NCBI GenBank assembly: GCA_041690395.1
Contig: JAWLHJ010000003.1
Span: 416,001-480,000 of the forward strand
From: Longimicrobiales bacterium
Lineage (GTDB): Bacteria; Gemmatimonadota; Gemmatimonadetes; Longimicrobiales; Gaopeijiaceae
DNA length: 64,000 nucleotides
Direction: 5' to 3'
Positions 18,070 through 28,061 of the stretch are shown one piece after another (position 1 is the stretch's first letter; each line of letters begins with the position of its first letter). Position numbers and translations under genes: made by a program. The notes beneath the pieces were generated by a model that was not told the DNA's origin, did no database searches, and saw nothing but the letters and a program-made list of their open reading frames with translations.

Positions 18070-19422
18070 TCAATCCGCCAACGTCCGCACGAGCCGCGCG
18101 AAGTCGCCGAACCCGTCCCGGTCCGGATCGTAGTCGGCCCCGCCCTCGATCATGCGGACGCCGACGAGTCGCTCCTCGGGATAGATGACCAGGTACTGAC
18201 CGAGGAAGCCGGAAGCGAGAGCGCCCACCACTCCACCTCCGTCGTCCTCGTCGCGGATGAGCCACCAGAGGAGCCCGGCGCTCGGATTGTGCTCCGAGCC
18301 CGGCGAAACGCTCTCCTCGAACCACGACGCCTGGATGAGCTGCTCTCCCTCCCACTCGCCGCGCTGAAGGACGAGCTGTCCGAGCTTGGCCAGGTCCTCC
18401 GGGCGTATCTGCAGGCCCGCCATTCCGTGCGGATTATTGGCGTCGTCCAGGCTCCAGGTGGCGTCGGTGATGCCCAGGGGCCGAAAGATCTCGTCCTGGA
18501 GCAGCGTGTCCATGCGGCGGCCGGCTGCCTCGCCGATCACTCCAGCGAGCAGGTTCGTGGCGTTGTTGTTGTACTCGAACATCGTACCGGGCTCGGACAC
18601 GAGCTCCGAGTCGAGCGCGTAGCCCACGAAGTCACCACTCTCGTAGATCGGATTCGTAGGCAATGGAGACGCGAGCCCTGACGTGTGGTTCATCAGATGC
18701 CGAATCGTGACACGCGCCTTCTCCCCCTCCGACCACGTCGGATAGAAGTCATGGACGGGCGTGTCGAGGGACTCGAGAAGCCCGGTGGTGAGGAGCCGGC
18801 CGACGGCGAGGTTGACCACCGACTTCGTGGCGGACATCGCTTCGATACGGCGAGACTCGTCAGCCGCCAGCCAGGATCCGACGAGCTCGCCGTCGTGAAG
18901 CACGACCATGGCGCTCGAGCGACTTGCGGTGGCGGCATCCATCAGAGCCTCGAGGGCGGCCCGGTCCACCCGCTCCACGGCCGGGCCTTCGCGCACCGTC
19001 GCAAACCCCTCCGGGTTCCCCGCAGCCTCCGCTTTCTGCTCCCGGTAGGCCGACCAGGCCGAGGTTCCCGCCCGGTACAGCGTGAGCGGAGCCTCCATGC
19101 CGTTTCGGTCTCCGAAGGTCACCGCGCCCGTGATGGAATCCCCATGCACCACGCCTTTGAACGTACGTTGCGGTGTGAGCGTCAGCGTAAGCGCACGCTC
19201 ATCGAGCTCCACCCTCGCGACAGGGACGTCTCGCACCCCTTCGGCGGGAACCGAGAGGGTCGCGTCCCACGAGTCGGCCGCGCCCGAGAATGAGACCTCG
19301 AACGTGAGTGCCAGCGGATCAAGCCTCAACGGCCCTTCCCATTCACCCTGCAGGTCCGGAGGCACTCCCGGCGCAGTGGCCGCGATGATCACGAATCCCG
19401 CCAGCGCGCACATCAACTTCAT
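18070..19422 (-). CDS. Secreted serine hydrolase (beta-lactamase/AmpC-like family)
   Basis: SxxK 'SATK', 'HLMNHTSGL', YxN 'YNN'; signal peptide MKLMCALAG; GAGG RBS. Confidence 0.92.
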   Translation of the reverse strand: MKLMCALAGFVIIAATAPGVPPDLQGEWEGPLRLDPLALTFEVSFSGAADSWDATLSVPAEGVRDVPVARVELDERALTLTLTPQRTFKGVVHGDSITGAVTFGDRNGMEAPLTLYRAGTSAWSAYREQKAEAAGNPEGFATVREGPAVERVDRAALEALMDAATASRSSAMVVLHDGELVGSWLAADESRRIEAMSATKSVVNLAVGRLLTTGLLESLDTPVHDFYPTWSEGEKARVTIRHLMNHTSGLASPLPTNPIYESGDFVGYALDSELVSEPGTMFEYNNNATNLLAGVIGEAAGRRMDTLLQDEIFRPLGITDATWSLDDANNPHGMAGLQIRPEDLAKLGQLVLQRGEWEGEQLIQASWFEESVSPGSEHNPSAGLLWWLIRDEDDGGGVVGALASGFLGQYLVIYPEERLVGVRMIEGGADYDPDRDGFGDFARLVRTLAD

Positions 19423-19623
19423 CCCTACCTCCCCATCCCGATCGAAAGAGCGACGAACTCGTTTCCATTGTCTACGAGGCGATCCGCCGTCGGGATTCAC
19501 GGCGCAAGCACCTTGTCCGCCATGCGATCTGAATCGGATCGAGGCCCCTGCCCGTATGGAGGGGCGACCACATGGTGACCGCACGGCAGCGGGACCTTCA
19601 GAAACGACCCAAGGAGCTGGATC

Positions 19624-20622
19624 ATGCGTGGATACCGCGCGGCAGGACTGCTGTTGTTCAGCAGCTTCGCCATCGCTTCAGGCCCGACGCCAGTCACGGC
19701 ACAACAGGACGATGTCGTGGGCCCTCGCTCAGACCTACCGGCGACGGAAGTCCGTGTCGTCGACCTGACGCCTCGCTTCCTCGCGTTCTACGACGCGGCG
19801 TTAGAGGAGAACGCGGATGAGGCGAGGCGGTGGGAGCTCTGGCAAGAGATGTACGGTTTCGCCGCCCTGCCTCCCGTACCCGAGCGGGACTCCCTGGCCC
19901 GCCAGATGCTTGCCGGCGCCTGGCCACGGTATCCAAGCGTCATCGATCGCATCCGGGAGGGAGCGGAAGCGATACGGCCCACGCCGGATTCCATACTCCG
20001 AGCCGTGGCCACACGCCTTGAAGCGGATGAGCCCGTTCGCGTGGAGCTGCTCGTCTTCGCCGGCGACGTGGCGAGTGGCGGGTTCTTCGCGCCTCAGGAC
20101 GGCCGGATGGTGGTCGCGCTCCCCGTGGAAGAGGAGCCCGACCAGCGAACACAGACGCTCGTCCACGAGTTCACGCACGTGGCCCATCACGCGCTGGGGC
20201 ACCTTTCCGAGGGCTGGGAGCGAAGCCTCGCACGTACCCTGTTCGCCGAGGGACTCGCCAACCGCATGCAGCAGGCGTTCTTCCCCGACCGTCCGGCCGC
20301 GGCGTTCGTCGAGCACCGCCCCGGTTGGTTCGCGGAGGCCGAGGCCCGGGAGGCAGCCATCCTGCGCGGCCTTCGCGAGTCGTTGACGGACGCGAGCTCC
20401 GACCAGGTGATGCGGTTCACCATGGGGACCGGGACGACCGGCATCGAGCGAGAGGCGTACTACGCCGGCTGGGTGGTCGTCGGGTACCTCCTCGAGCACG
20501 GCTGGGACCTCTCGGAGCTCGCTAGGGTGCCCGAGGATGAGATCACCCAGCTGGTCGCTCAGACCATCGACGACCTGCTCGACCGACGAGCGGATCGCTC
20601 CAGCCCCATCGACAACGCGTGA
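19624..20622 (+). CDS. Secreted putative Zn-dependent protease (DUF2268-like)
   Basis: Signal peptide; HExxH 'VHEFTH'; downstream 'AEGLA'; 'YYAGW'. Confidence 0.8.
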   Translation: MRGYRAAGLLLFSSFAIASGPTPVTAQQDDVVGPRSDLPATEVRVVDLTPRFLAFYDAALEENADEARRWELWQEMYGFAALPPVPERDSLARQMLAGAWPRYPSVIDRIREGAEAIRPTPDSILRAVATRLEADEPVRVELLVFAGDVASGGFFAPQDGRMVVALPVEEEPDQRTQTLVHEFTHVAHHALGHLSEGWERSLARTLFAEGLANRMQQAFFPDRPAAAFVEHRPGWFAEAEAREAAILRGLRESLTDASSDQVMRFTMGTGTTGIEREAYYAGWVVVGYLLEHGWDLSELARVPEDEITQLVAQTIDDLLDRRADRSSPIDNA

Positions 20623-20644
20623 ACTCTATCGAAGAGGTGCTTGG

Positions 20645-21421
20645 TCACGATCGCTCTGCCGTAAGGGCCAGGAACAATGGGATGTCTCGGTTCGGCTCCC
20701 CACCCTGCTTGTCCCGCCCATCCCGCGACCGCTCCGAATCGAGGCCGGGGATCTCGGCGAGGCGACGCACGCTGAACCCAAGCTCCGCCAGGGCATCGAC
20801 GTAGTCCTGCAGGGGCCGATGATAGCTCCGGGTCTTCCCCCGGTTTCTCCCTTTCCCGTGGGATTTCATCGGGACGGCCAGAGGCGTCAGATATCGATCG
20901 ACCCGTCGAAAGGAGAGCTTCCGGGACGCGTCCCACGCCCAACCGCTCTGTCGGGGCACACGGAAACACGGGTGCGTCATCAGCATGACGATGCGCCCGT
21001 TAGGCTTGAGCGCCCAGGCGGCTGACGCGAGGACCTCGTCGAGCGGCTCGATGTCCTGGATGCTCAGGAGGAACGTGGCCGCGTCGAACGCTTCCGGCCC
21101 GAGTCCGTCGGTGCGGCGGAGGCAGGTGGCGTCGGCCCGCAGGAACCGAGCCTTTCGGGGTTGAACCTTACGTGCATACCGCACCAAACGCGCGCTCAAG
21201 TCCACGCCGGTGTAGCGACTCCCAGCCTCGATCACGGGTCGGCACAGCGCTCCGGTGCCGCACCCGACGTCGAGGATGTGCTCACCCGGTCTCGGGCCCA
21301 ACAGGCCGAGCAGCTCCGGAATGGCGATCTCGATGTGATGGCGGCTGCCGCGTGGTCCCACCCATCCGGCGTACCAGTCAGCAACCGGGTCCCAACTCCC
21401 ACTCCTTCTCTTCTTGCCCAT
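20645..21421 (-). CDS. Class I SAM-dependent methyltransferase
   Basis: 'ILDVGCGTG', 'GVDLS', 'LKPNGR', 'HPCF', 'YHRPL'. Confidence 0.92.
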   Translation of the reverse strand: MGKKRRSGSWDPVADWYAGWVGPRGSRHHIEIAIPELLGLLGPRPGEHILDVGCGTGALCRPVIEAGSRYTGVDLSARLVRYARKVQPRKARFLRADATCLRRTDGLGPEAFDAATFLLSIQDIEPLDEVLASAAWALKPNGRIVMLMTHPCFRVPRQSGWAWDASRKLSFRRVDRYLTPLAVPMKSHGKGRNRGKTRSYHRPLQDYVDALAELGFSVRRLAEIPGLDSERSRDGRDKQGGEPNRDIPLFLALTAERS

Positions 21422-21621
21422 GGCTCTTCATCCGTTCCAGCGCTCCAGTTCAGTAGAAATCGGAGGGCACGCCAGACGGACGGAGTCCATCCTCAAGGAG
21501 GGGCAAACGCACGGACAGGACGCGATTGGCCTTCCCGGATGGGAAGGCGCGAGACTCGCTAGTGGACGTCCGAGCGATCAGGGCCCGCGGCTCGAATGGG
21601 GTCGCGGGACTCCCCACCTAC

Positions 21622-21690
21622 CTAGAGGCGTGCCGAGGCCTCGAGGCGGATGCGGATGAAGATGGCCGTGTGCTGGGTAAGAATGCTCAT
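21622..21690 (-). CDS. Putative 22-aa leader peptide MSILTQHTAIFIRIRLEASARL
   Basis: TACAAT-N6-ATG; lies 200 bp upstream of the methyltransferase and is followed by hairpins. Confidence 0.35.
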   Translation of the reverse strand: MSILTQHTAIFIRIRLEASARL

Positions 21691-22620
21691 GAAGCCATTG
21701 TAGCCACGGTTCCGCGCGAGTCCAAGGCTGACTGAAAAGCGCGGATGAGCTGTGGAGCCAACCGGAAGGGAACCGCGCCAGCCGTCGCTTGGTCCACCGT
21801 TCCGCTGAGGAACAGATCCAACTCCGGAGCATGAAACAGCCAGGATCCCGTCGACCCCGTGTGGCCGACCACGGCTGGTACGGGACGGAACGGATTGAGG
21901 AACCGGGATGCACGGAAGCGCATCATGCCAAGGCCATATTCGATGGGCCAGGGTGGTAGCCGCAAAGCGGTCCGGTCCAATGGGAATCCGAAGCGGTTCC
22001 AGCGTTCCTGCATGAGCCGCGACGTCGCCTCGTCATCGAAGGCGTCGCCACCGAGTAGGGCACGAAGGAACAGAATGGTGTCGTCCACCGTGCTGTAGAG
22101 GTCGCCGAGCGACGCGAGGACCAGTGGTTTGTCCATCGGCTCGCCTCCAACCCATGGCGTCGCCGCCAAGGGCGTCGGGTCAAGCGGCGGGTGCCCTGGC
22201 AGCCACGTGTGGTGAAGCCCGAGCGGCCGGAACAGCATGTCCTCGTAGACACGCCCCAAAGGCTTCCCGGTAACCGCTTCGATGATGGCCATCAGCAAGC
22301 GGAAGTTCGTATCAGAGTACCGGGCCCTCACGCGTGCCGCTTTGAATGCCTGGGGGGCAAAATGCGGTCTGAGCTCGTTCCGCACGGTGTGCGTCACGAG
22401 CTCGATGTCTAGCCTGCGGTCTTCGCCCTTAAAGACGCGCTCCAAAAGGCAGGGCCCGTGCTTCGGATAATCCTCCAGCCAGTCCGGTAGGCCCGACGTG
22501 TGACTGAGCAGGTGGCGTGGGGTGATCCGCTCGGTATAGTCGACGCCGTCCAGGCGGTGGAGTCCCCTTCACGTGGCGGCGGTGATCCGCTCGCCCGAGA
22601 CGGATCTGTTCCTCCCGCCA
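21687..22620 (-). pseudogene. 5'-degraded serine hydrolase (beta-lactamase family)
   Basis: Frame reads 'ERITAAT*RGLHRLDGVDYTERITPRHLLSHTSGLPD...YSDTN...GHTGSTG'; in-frame stop near 22570; no SxxK region. Confidence 0.75.
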
Positions 22621-22731
22621 CATCGAGGCACGAGGTGACCCGTCCGTCCTGACATGGCGCATCGAGCGCCTCAGGTCTATCTGTTCCCAACGGTCGATCA
22701 CACTCGCTCGCCCTCAGCATCCCTTTCATCC

Positions 22732-23661
22732 ATGGATCGAACCTTGAGGGATCGTCGCCCCCTGGAGGTCCACGGCCGCGCCCTGACCGCCTTCGACGGA
22801 GTCCGCCGGGCCTTGGCCACGGGCGGGCTGCGGGCAATCTGCGTGGTGGCCGTCGGGCTGACCGCGCCCGCATGCGGCCTCCGCGGGCAGGAACCTCCGT
22901 CGCCCCGTCAGCTGGTCGCGACGATCCAGCAGGCGGGAAGTATCATGCCGGTCGTCAGCCACCTGAGCCTCGATACGTGTCCGGGCGGCCGGACCGAAAG
23001 CGTGTTCGACGTGATCTCGGAAGCGGAACTCCCTCCGAGCGCGATGGCCGAGTTGGCGGCATTCTGGCGCCCTCTTCTGGATCGGTGTGGCTCCACCGCG
23101 TTGCAGCGTTGGTACGATCGCGCGCTCGGAACCATGCTCGACGCCAACGACCCTGGTGCCAGAGCTCACTTTCTCGAGTTCCTGCCCACCGACCTCTCGG
23201 CCGAATCCAGAGCGGCTCTTTGGCGTGCAGCTGAACGGGAGTCCGTGGGGAGCCTGCCCCGGGGACAAATGGCGTCCCGCGCGGTGCGAAGCGACGATAC
23301 CGCTCAGCGCATCGCATTGACAGTCGAGGCCTTTCGCGGTCGCGACATGTCCGCGGACTGGATCTATGAGGAATCGGGAGTCGTGCTTCGGGAGGATGCC
23401 GAAGGCTATCTCACGGTTCTGGCCCATCGGTCCGTGGACTTCGAAGATGCCCGGCTATCCGTCGTCCTCGGGGTGATCAACGCCCACGTGCGGGCCGGGG
23501 CGATCGACGAGGAAAGTCCAGCCCTGGGGACGCTGAGAAGCGCGATTGCCGGGCGCACGGGGATCTCCGCAGAGCTGCGAGCGCTGCGCAGAGGATTTTT
23601 CCTCTCCGATGAACCTGGCGTGGTGGATGCGGCGGAACCCCACCGGGAGTGTAACGCATGA
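22732..23661 (+). CDS. Hypothetical (lipo)protein
   Basis: Hydrophobic 'ICVVAVGLTAPAC'; stop overlaps next ATG (ATGA); start uncertain. Confidence 0.55.
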   Translation: MDRTLRDRRPLEVHGRALTAFDGVRRALATGGLRAICVVAVGLTAPACGLRGQEPPSPRQLVATIQQAGSIMPVVSHLSLDTCPGGRTESVFDVISEAELPPSAMAELAAFWRPLLDRCGSTALQRWYDRALGTMLDANDPGARAHFLEFLPTDLSAESRAALWRAAERESVGSLPRGQMASRAVRSDDTAQRIALTVEAFRGRDMSADWIYEESGVVLREDAEGYLTVLAHRSVDFEDARLSVVLGVINAHVRAGAIDEESPALGTLRSAIAGRTGISAELRALRRGFFLSDEPGVVDAAEPHRECNA

Positions 23662-25400
23662 AGGATCCACTCCAGACCCCGTTCCAGGCCGCGGCTCGCG
23701 CCCCCGTCGGGAGATTCGGACCGAAACTGGTCACCGCCTTTCTCCTCCTCTCCCTGGTCGTGGGCGCCCTCACGGCCAGAGCCTTCGCCGACACCGAGCG
23801 GGTGTATCTAGAGGAGGCCCCGGTCCCGTTCGGAAGCTGGGCCATGGAGTGGGATGCCACCGCATCTCCTGCCTCGGTGGAGCAGGCCGCCCAGACAAAC
23901 GCGCTTCGTCGCGTCGCCGTGGGCGTCACCGGCCTGGTCTCCCTCCTCGCGTTCCTGACGTTGATCACGCTTCAACGCCAGGAGCATCGTCTTCGCGCGG
24001 CGGAGGACTACGTGCACTGGGCGGTCGGTGCGCGCAGGGTGCAGTTCGTGGCCCGGCTCGTGGGACGGACGTGGAGACGGGCGGTGATCATCGCCCTGCT
24101 CGCGGTTGCGGCGGTGGCTCTGGTCCTCCGGGCGATGGAGTCATCGTTCCCGGGTGACGCCCATGTGCCCGCTCAATGGGCGCCGTTCCTGATCCTGACC
24201 GTGGTCATCGGCGTGCTTTTCGTGAACTGGGAATGTCGCGCGGGCGAGCGGGCTGCGAGGTCCCGACCCGACCGGCTCGGCCAACTCGCCACCGGCCCCG
24301 TGGCCGTCTCGGCGCTGGGCTTCGCCGTCCTCACGGCGGTGGGCCTCCTGTCGGCACACGCGCCCAAGTCCGATGCCCACGGTGGCGACACCCTGCTGAC
24401 CGCAGGTGTGTCGCTCGGCGACGGCGCGCAGCAGGCGGACATCAGTGATCTTTTGAACTGGGTGAGCCGAACGGCCCAGACCACGGGACCACTCGGGGTG
24501 GCGAGTGCCGGCACGGTGCGCGGCGCCGGAGTGGCCGCCCGCGCGTGGGTAGACTGCGGGCGCTGCTTCGAAGGCGGCCTCCCCATGCCGTTCAAGACCG
24601 TGCGCACCGAGGTCGCCGCCGTCGGCCAGGATACGTTCCCACACCTCGGCCTCGAGGTCGCCGAGGGCCGGGACTTCGACAACAGAGTGGACGTGGGAGA
24701 CCCCGCCGTCGCCATCGTCAGCCAGACCCTGGCTCGTCGGCATTTCGAGCGGGGTGAAGCGGTGGGACGTCGGATCCGCTTCGGAGAGGGCGGCTGGCTA
24801 ACGGTCGTCGGCATCGTGACCGACCGTGGCGACAACCGCGACCACATGGAATACGCCGTCTATCTGCCCGTCACACAGACCCGCCCGACGGAGCTCGAGG
24901 TCATGGGACGGGCCTCCAGAGACCAACTCCGTCGAGCGGCACACGTGACGGCAGCCGGGATCTCCGTGGCCGACCCCAGATCGCTCGACGAGGTCTTCGC
25001 CGTCCACAATTGGTTCGGCTGGGTGCTAGATGTGGCCGGCGTGCTCTCGTACCTCCTCGTCGTGCTCGGGGTGTGGCTCGGGGCATCGAACGAAGCCAGG
25101 GCCACGGAGTTCGAGATATCGCTTCGCAAGGCCGTCGGAGCCACGCGCGCCGATCTCATCCGTCACTATCTCGGCCGCACGTCGCAGAGCCTCATCGTGG
25201 CCCTCGGTGTGGGCGCCTGGCTCGCCCTGTTCGCCGGCGTCGGGCTCAGCGAGGCGTATGGAGCCATACCGGTGGCCGACCTGTCGGTCTACGCCTGGGC
25301 TGCACTGCCCGTCGTGGCCGCATTGGTCGTGGGGTTCTGGCCCTCGTATTCGCGCTCCATCAGGCGCACGCCGAGTGTCGGGCTGCGGGAGGGCGCGTGA
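23658..25400 (+). CDS. ABC transporter permease, MacB/FtsX family (shortened form)
   Basis: 'HWAVGARR', 'LGLEVAEGRDF', 'AVGRRI', 'TVVGIV', 'EISLRKAVGA'. Confidence 0.85.
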   Translation: MKDPLQTPFQAAARAPVGRFGPKLVTAFLLLSLVVGALTARAFADTERVYLEEAPVPFGSWAMEWDATASPASVEQAAQTNALRRVAVGVTGLVSLLAFLTLITLQRQEHRLRAAEDYVHWAVGARRVQFVARLVGRTWRRAVIIALLAVAAVALVLRAMESSFPGDAHVPAQWAPFLILTVVIGVLFVNWECRAGERAARSRPDRLGQLATGPVAVSALGFAVLTAVGLLSAHAPKSDAHGGDTLLTAGVSLGDGAQQADISDLLNWVSRTAQTTGPLGVASAGTVRGAGVAARAWVDCGRCFEGGLPMPFKTVRTEVAAVGQDTFPHLGLEVAEGRDFDNRVDVGDPAVAIVSQTLARRHFERGEAVGRRIRFGEGGWLTVVGIVTDRGDNRDHMEYAVYLPVTQTRPTELEVMGRASRDQLRRAAHVTAAGISVADPRSLDEVFAVHNWFGWVLDVAGVLSYLLVVLGVWLGASNEARATEFEISLRKAVGATRADLIRHYLGRTSQSLIVALGVGAWLALFAGVGLSEAYGAIPVADLSVYAWAALPVVAALVVGFWPSYSRSIRRTPSVGLREGA

Positions 25401-25418
25401 GGGCCCGGCGGCCTCACG

Positions 25419-26615
25419 ATGACTGACGGCGTCGTGCGCGGCGCCTTCGCTTTGGTGGGCCTCGCGGCAGCGTGTTTGGCGTGCGACGGCCCGCCGAAGG
25501 ACACCGCCGTTCCGGCCTCGGTCCAAGACAGCGCGGGGATCCAGATCTACACTCTGGGCGACATCCCCTCCTGGGACGACCCTGCCCACCAATGGCGCCT
25601 CGTCCTCGAGCGGGAGGTCGCCACAGCGGGAGAGGACCTCTCGTCAGAGCCGATGATCTTCGAGCCCCAGGGGCTATCCCGCTTCCAGGACGGAACCATC
25701 GCCGTCCTGGACGGCGCGGACCTGCGCCTGGTCGTGCTCCATCCGGTCCGCGACTCGGTCACCGCACGCTTCGCTCCGAGCGGTCAGGGGCCCGGAGAGA
25801 TCTGGAGCGCGAATGCTCAGATCTGGGCGGACGGCGACACGGCCATCGGCATCCTCGACGCCGGTACCCGCCGGGTATCCTACTTCGCGCTGGCAGGAAC
25901 ATTCTTGCACTCCCGGACCGTGGACTTTCCAGGCGGCGGCGGGATGACGGCGCAACGTCCGGGCACCGGGGAGACGTTCGCCTGGCGGTACTTCCGCGAT
26001 CCCGAGACCGGGCTTCTCTCCGACAGCGTCATCAGGCTGAACCTCGCCGGGCCCGCGGTAGCCGTGGCTCCCCTGCGCCGGGACCGGCGTCCGCTGCCAC
26101 CCGGTGAGTCCCGTCCCCTGTTCTCCGGCTCGGGCACCTTCGCCCCCATCGGATCGGGAGGGGTCATGGTCGGCACGACGGACGTCGCCGAGTTCCGGCA
26201 CTTCACCGATGCGGGGGCGTTGACGGCCATCGTTCGCGTCCCGCTGGAAAGGCGCGCCCTCACCCTGGAGGACGAGCAGATCGTCCGGGAAGAGGTGGCG
26301 CAATTCGCTCCGAGTCTGGCGGACAACCTTGGGGATCACAACGTCCTCTGGAGTCGCCTCGAACCGTTGGGAGACTCCCTGTTCGCCCTCGACCAGACCT
26401 CTCTGACCGCGCCCGCCGGTGAGCCGAGGATCCCGCGTGATACCCGCGTCTGGCGTATCTTCTCGGTCCGCGGCCACTACCTCGGCGCCCTGGTGCTGCC
26501 GCCCGGTGTCGGGCCGCCTTATTGGAACGACGGGGAGCACCTGATGGCGCTTCAGCGGGACGAGCTCGGCGTGGCGACGATTGTGGTGTATCGCCTGGAG
26601 CCACCTGAACGTTGA
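25419..26615 (+). CDS. 6-bladed beta-propeller lipoprotein
   Basis: 'CLAC' lipobox; 'QDSAGI', 'SGQGPGEI', 'RDELGV'. Confidence 0.8.
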   Translation: MTDGVVRGAFALVGLAAACLACDGPPKDTAVPASVQDSAGIQIYTLGDIPSWDDPAHQWRLVLEREVATAGEDLSSEPMIFEPQGLSRFQDGTIAVLDGADLRLVVLHPVRDSVTARFAPSGQGPGEIWSANAQIWADGDTAIGILDAGTRRVSYFALAGTFLHSRTVDFPGGGGMTAQRPGTGETFAWRYFRDPETGLLSDSVIRLNLAGPAVAVAPLRRDRRPLPPGESRPLFSGSGTFAPIGSGGVMVGTTDVAEFRHFTDAGALTAIVRVPLERRALTLEDEQIVREEVAQFAPSLADNLGDHNVLWSRLEPLGDSLFALDQTSLTAPAGEPRIPRDTRVWRIFSVRGHYLGALVLPPGVGPPYWNDGEHLMALQRDELGVATIVVYRLEPPER

Positions 26616-26747
26616 GCCGCAGAGTGAGACGTTTCCGGAGTCAGCACGAACAGAGGGGGATGGCATGGGATCGGTCCTCGAACGAGGGCCGCTGGACGTG
26701 GAGTTTGTCCGCGTCTACCGGCTGCGAGCCTTGATCCTGAGACGCAG

Positions 26748-27947
26748 ATGAGGAGGAGCTCAGTGGCTTCACGATGCTGCGCGGCAACCCTACTCCTGGC
26801 CCTCGTAGCGTCATGCGAACCCGCCGAGATTTCGGAGCGCTTCTCCGTCTCGGACAGTCTGGGGATCGCCGTGGCGGTGAATGGCCTTGTCCCGGAGGAA
26901 GAGCCGGTCCGTGTCCTCCGCGACGAGCCGATGCAAGAGATCACCGGCGAAGAGCTGTTCCAGATACGAGCGATCCAGTTGCTGGACAAAGGCGAAATCG
27001 CAGTGGGAGCGGCCGGTTCAGCGGAGGTCCTCATCTACGACAGGTCCGGCGAGCTGGTGCTCCGATTCGGGCGCAGCGGAGACGGGCCGGGAGAGTTCAG
27101 GCGCATCAGCGCCGTGGTGACGCTACCGGGCGACTCGATTGGCGTCTACGACTCCCAGCCGCACCGGCTCAGCGTCTTCTCGCGCTCAGGGGCGTTCGGC
27201 CGCCTTGTGAACCTGAGCGGTCTCGTACCGACGGGAGGGTCGGCCGTTCTCCGGGCCCTCGAAGACGGCCTCGTTCTGGTGGGCGTGGCCGGTCTGTCGG
27301 CTCAGCGTGCGGAGGGCGTCTACCGGGATGCGGCCCCGTCGTACCATCTCGACTGGCAAGGAAACGTCCTCGAGACCTACGGCGAGTTTCCCGGTCTCGA
27401 AGTGTTCAACGGCGCGGAGATGATGGGTCGCGTCCCGTTCGGGGCCGCGCTCTCGGTGGCGACCACCGGGACAGACCTGATCGTCGGGACGGGCGAGGAG
27501 CCTGAGCTGGAGGTCTTCACATCCGATGGCGCCTTGACCCGGATCATCCGTTGGGGCGACACCGACCGGAGCGTCGGCGAGGACCAGATCGACGCCTACA
27601 TCACCCATCTCCTGGCGGAGTCCCCACCTGAGGAGGCGGCGTTCTTCACAGAGCGGGCATCGGATATGCCGTTCGCGAGCCGTCGTCCGGCCTTTTCGCA
27701 GATCCTCGCTGCACCGAGCGGACAGCTCTGGGTCGGGGAGCACGTCGGTCCTGAGACCCCGTTTCCGGGCCGAAGGGGACCGAGCCGCAGGTGGTTCGTC
27801 TTCAGCCCGGAAGGAGCGTTCCTGGAGAGGATCAAGACGCCGGAGGGCTTCGTGCCTCACGCACTGGTCGACGACCGGGTCTGGGGTGTGTACCGGGATT
27901 CCCTCGACGTGGAGTCGGTCCGGGCGTACGCGATCGCGGGATCGTAG
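26748..27947 (+). CDS. 6-bladed beta-propeller lipoprotein
   Basis: 'LVASC' lipobox; 'SDSLGI', 'GRSGDGPGEF', 'RDSLDVESV'. Confidence 0.82.
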   Translation: MRRSSVASRCCAATLLLALVASCEPAEISERFSVSDSLGIAVAVNGLVPEEEPVRVLRDEPMQEITGEELFQIRAIQLLDKGEIAVGAAGSAEVLIYDRSGELVLRFGRSGDGPGEFRRISAVVTLPGDSIGVYDSQPHRLSVFSRSGAFGRLVNLSGLVPTGGSAVLRALEDGLVLVGVAGLSAQRAEGVYRDAAPSYHLDWQGNVLETYGEFPGLEVFNGAEMMGRVPFGAALSVATTGTDLIVGTGEEPELEVFTSDGALTRIIRWGDTDRSVGEDQIDAYITHLLAESPPEEAAFFTERASDMPFASRRPAFSQILAAPSGQLWVGEHVGPETPFPGRRGPSRRWFVFSPEGAFLERIKTPEGFVPHALVDDRVWGVYRDSLDVESVRAYAIAGS

Positions 27948-28061
27948 GAGGGTCCCGGATGCTCGAGCCGGCTCCGATAGTATGCTGACCAAGCGCACCC
28001 TAGCGGCTCCTGGTAATGTAGGGGTGACCTCGACGGTGGCGCTCAGGCGTTGGAGGAGGCG

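Noticed and set aside
17903..18070. Minus-strand hydrophobic peptide after the serine hydrolase
   Set aside because: No clear start or RBS and it overlaps the DUF4345-like remnant; may be a fragment but is unsupported.
22568..22573. In-frame UGA in the serine hydrolase remnant as Sec
   Set aside because: Not a Cys-equivalent position and accompanied by other lesions.
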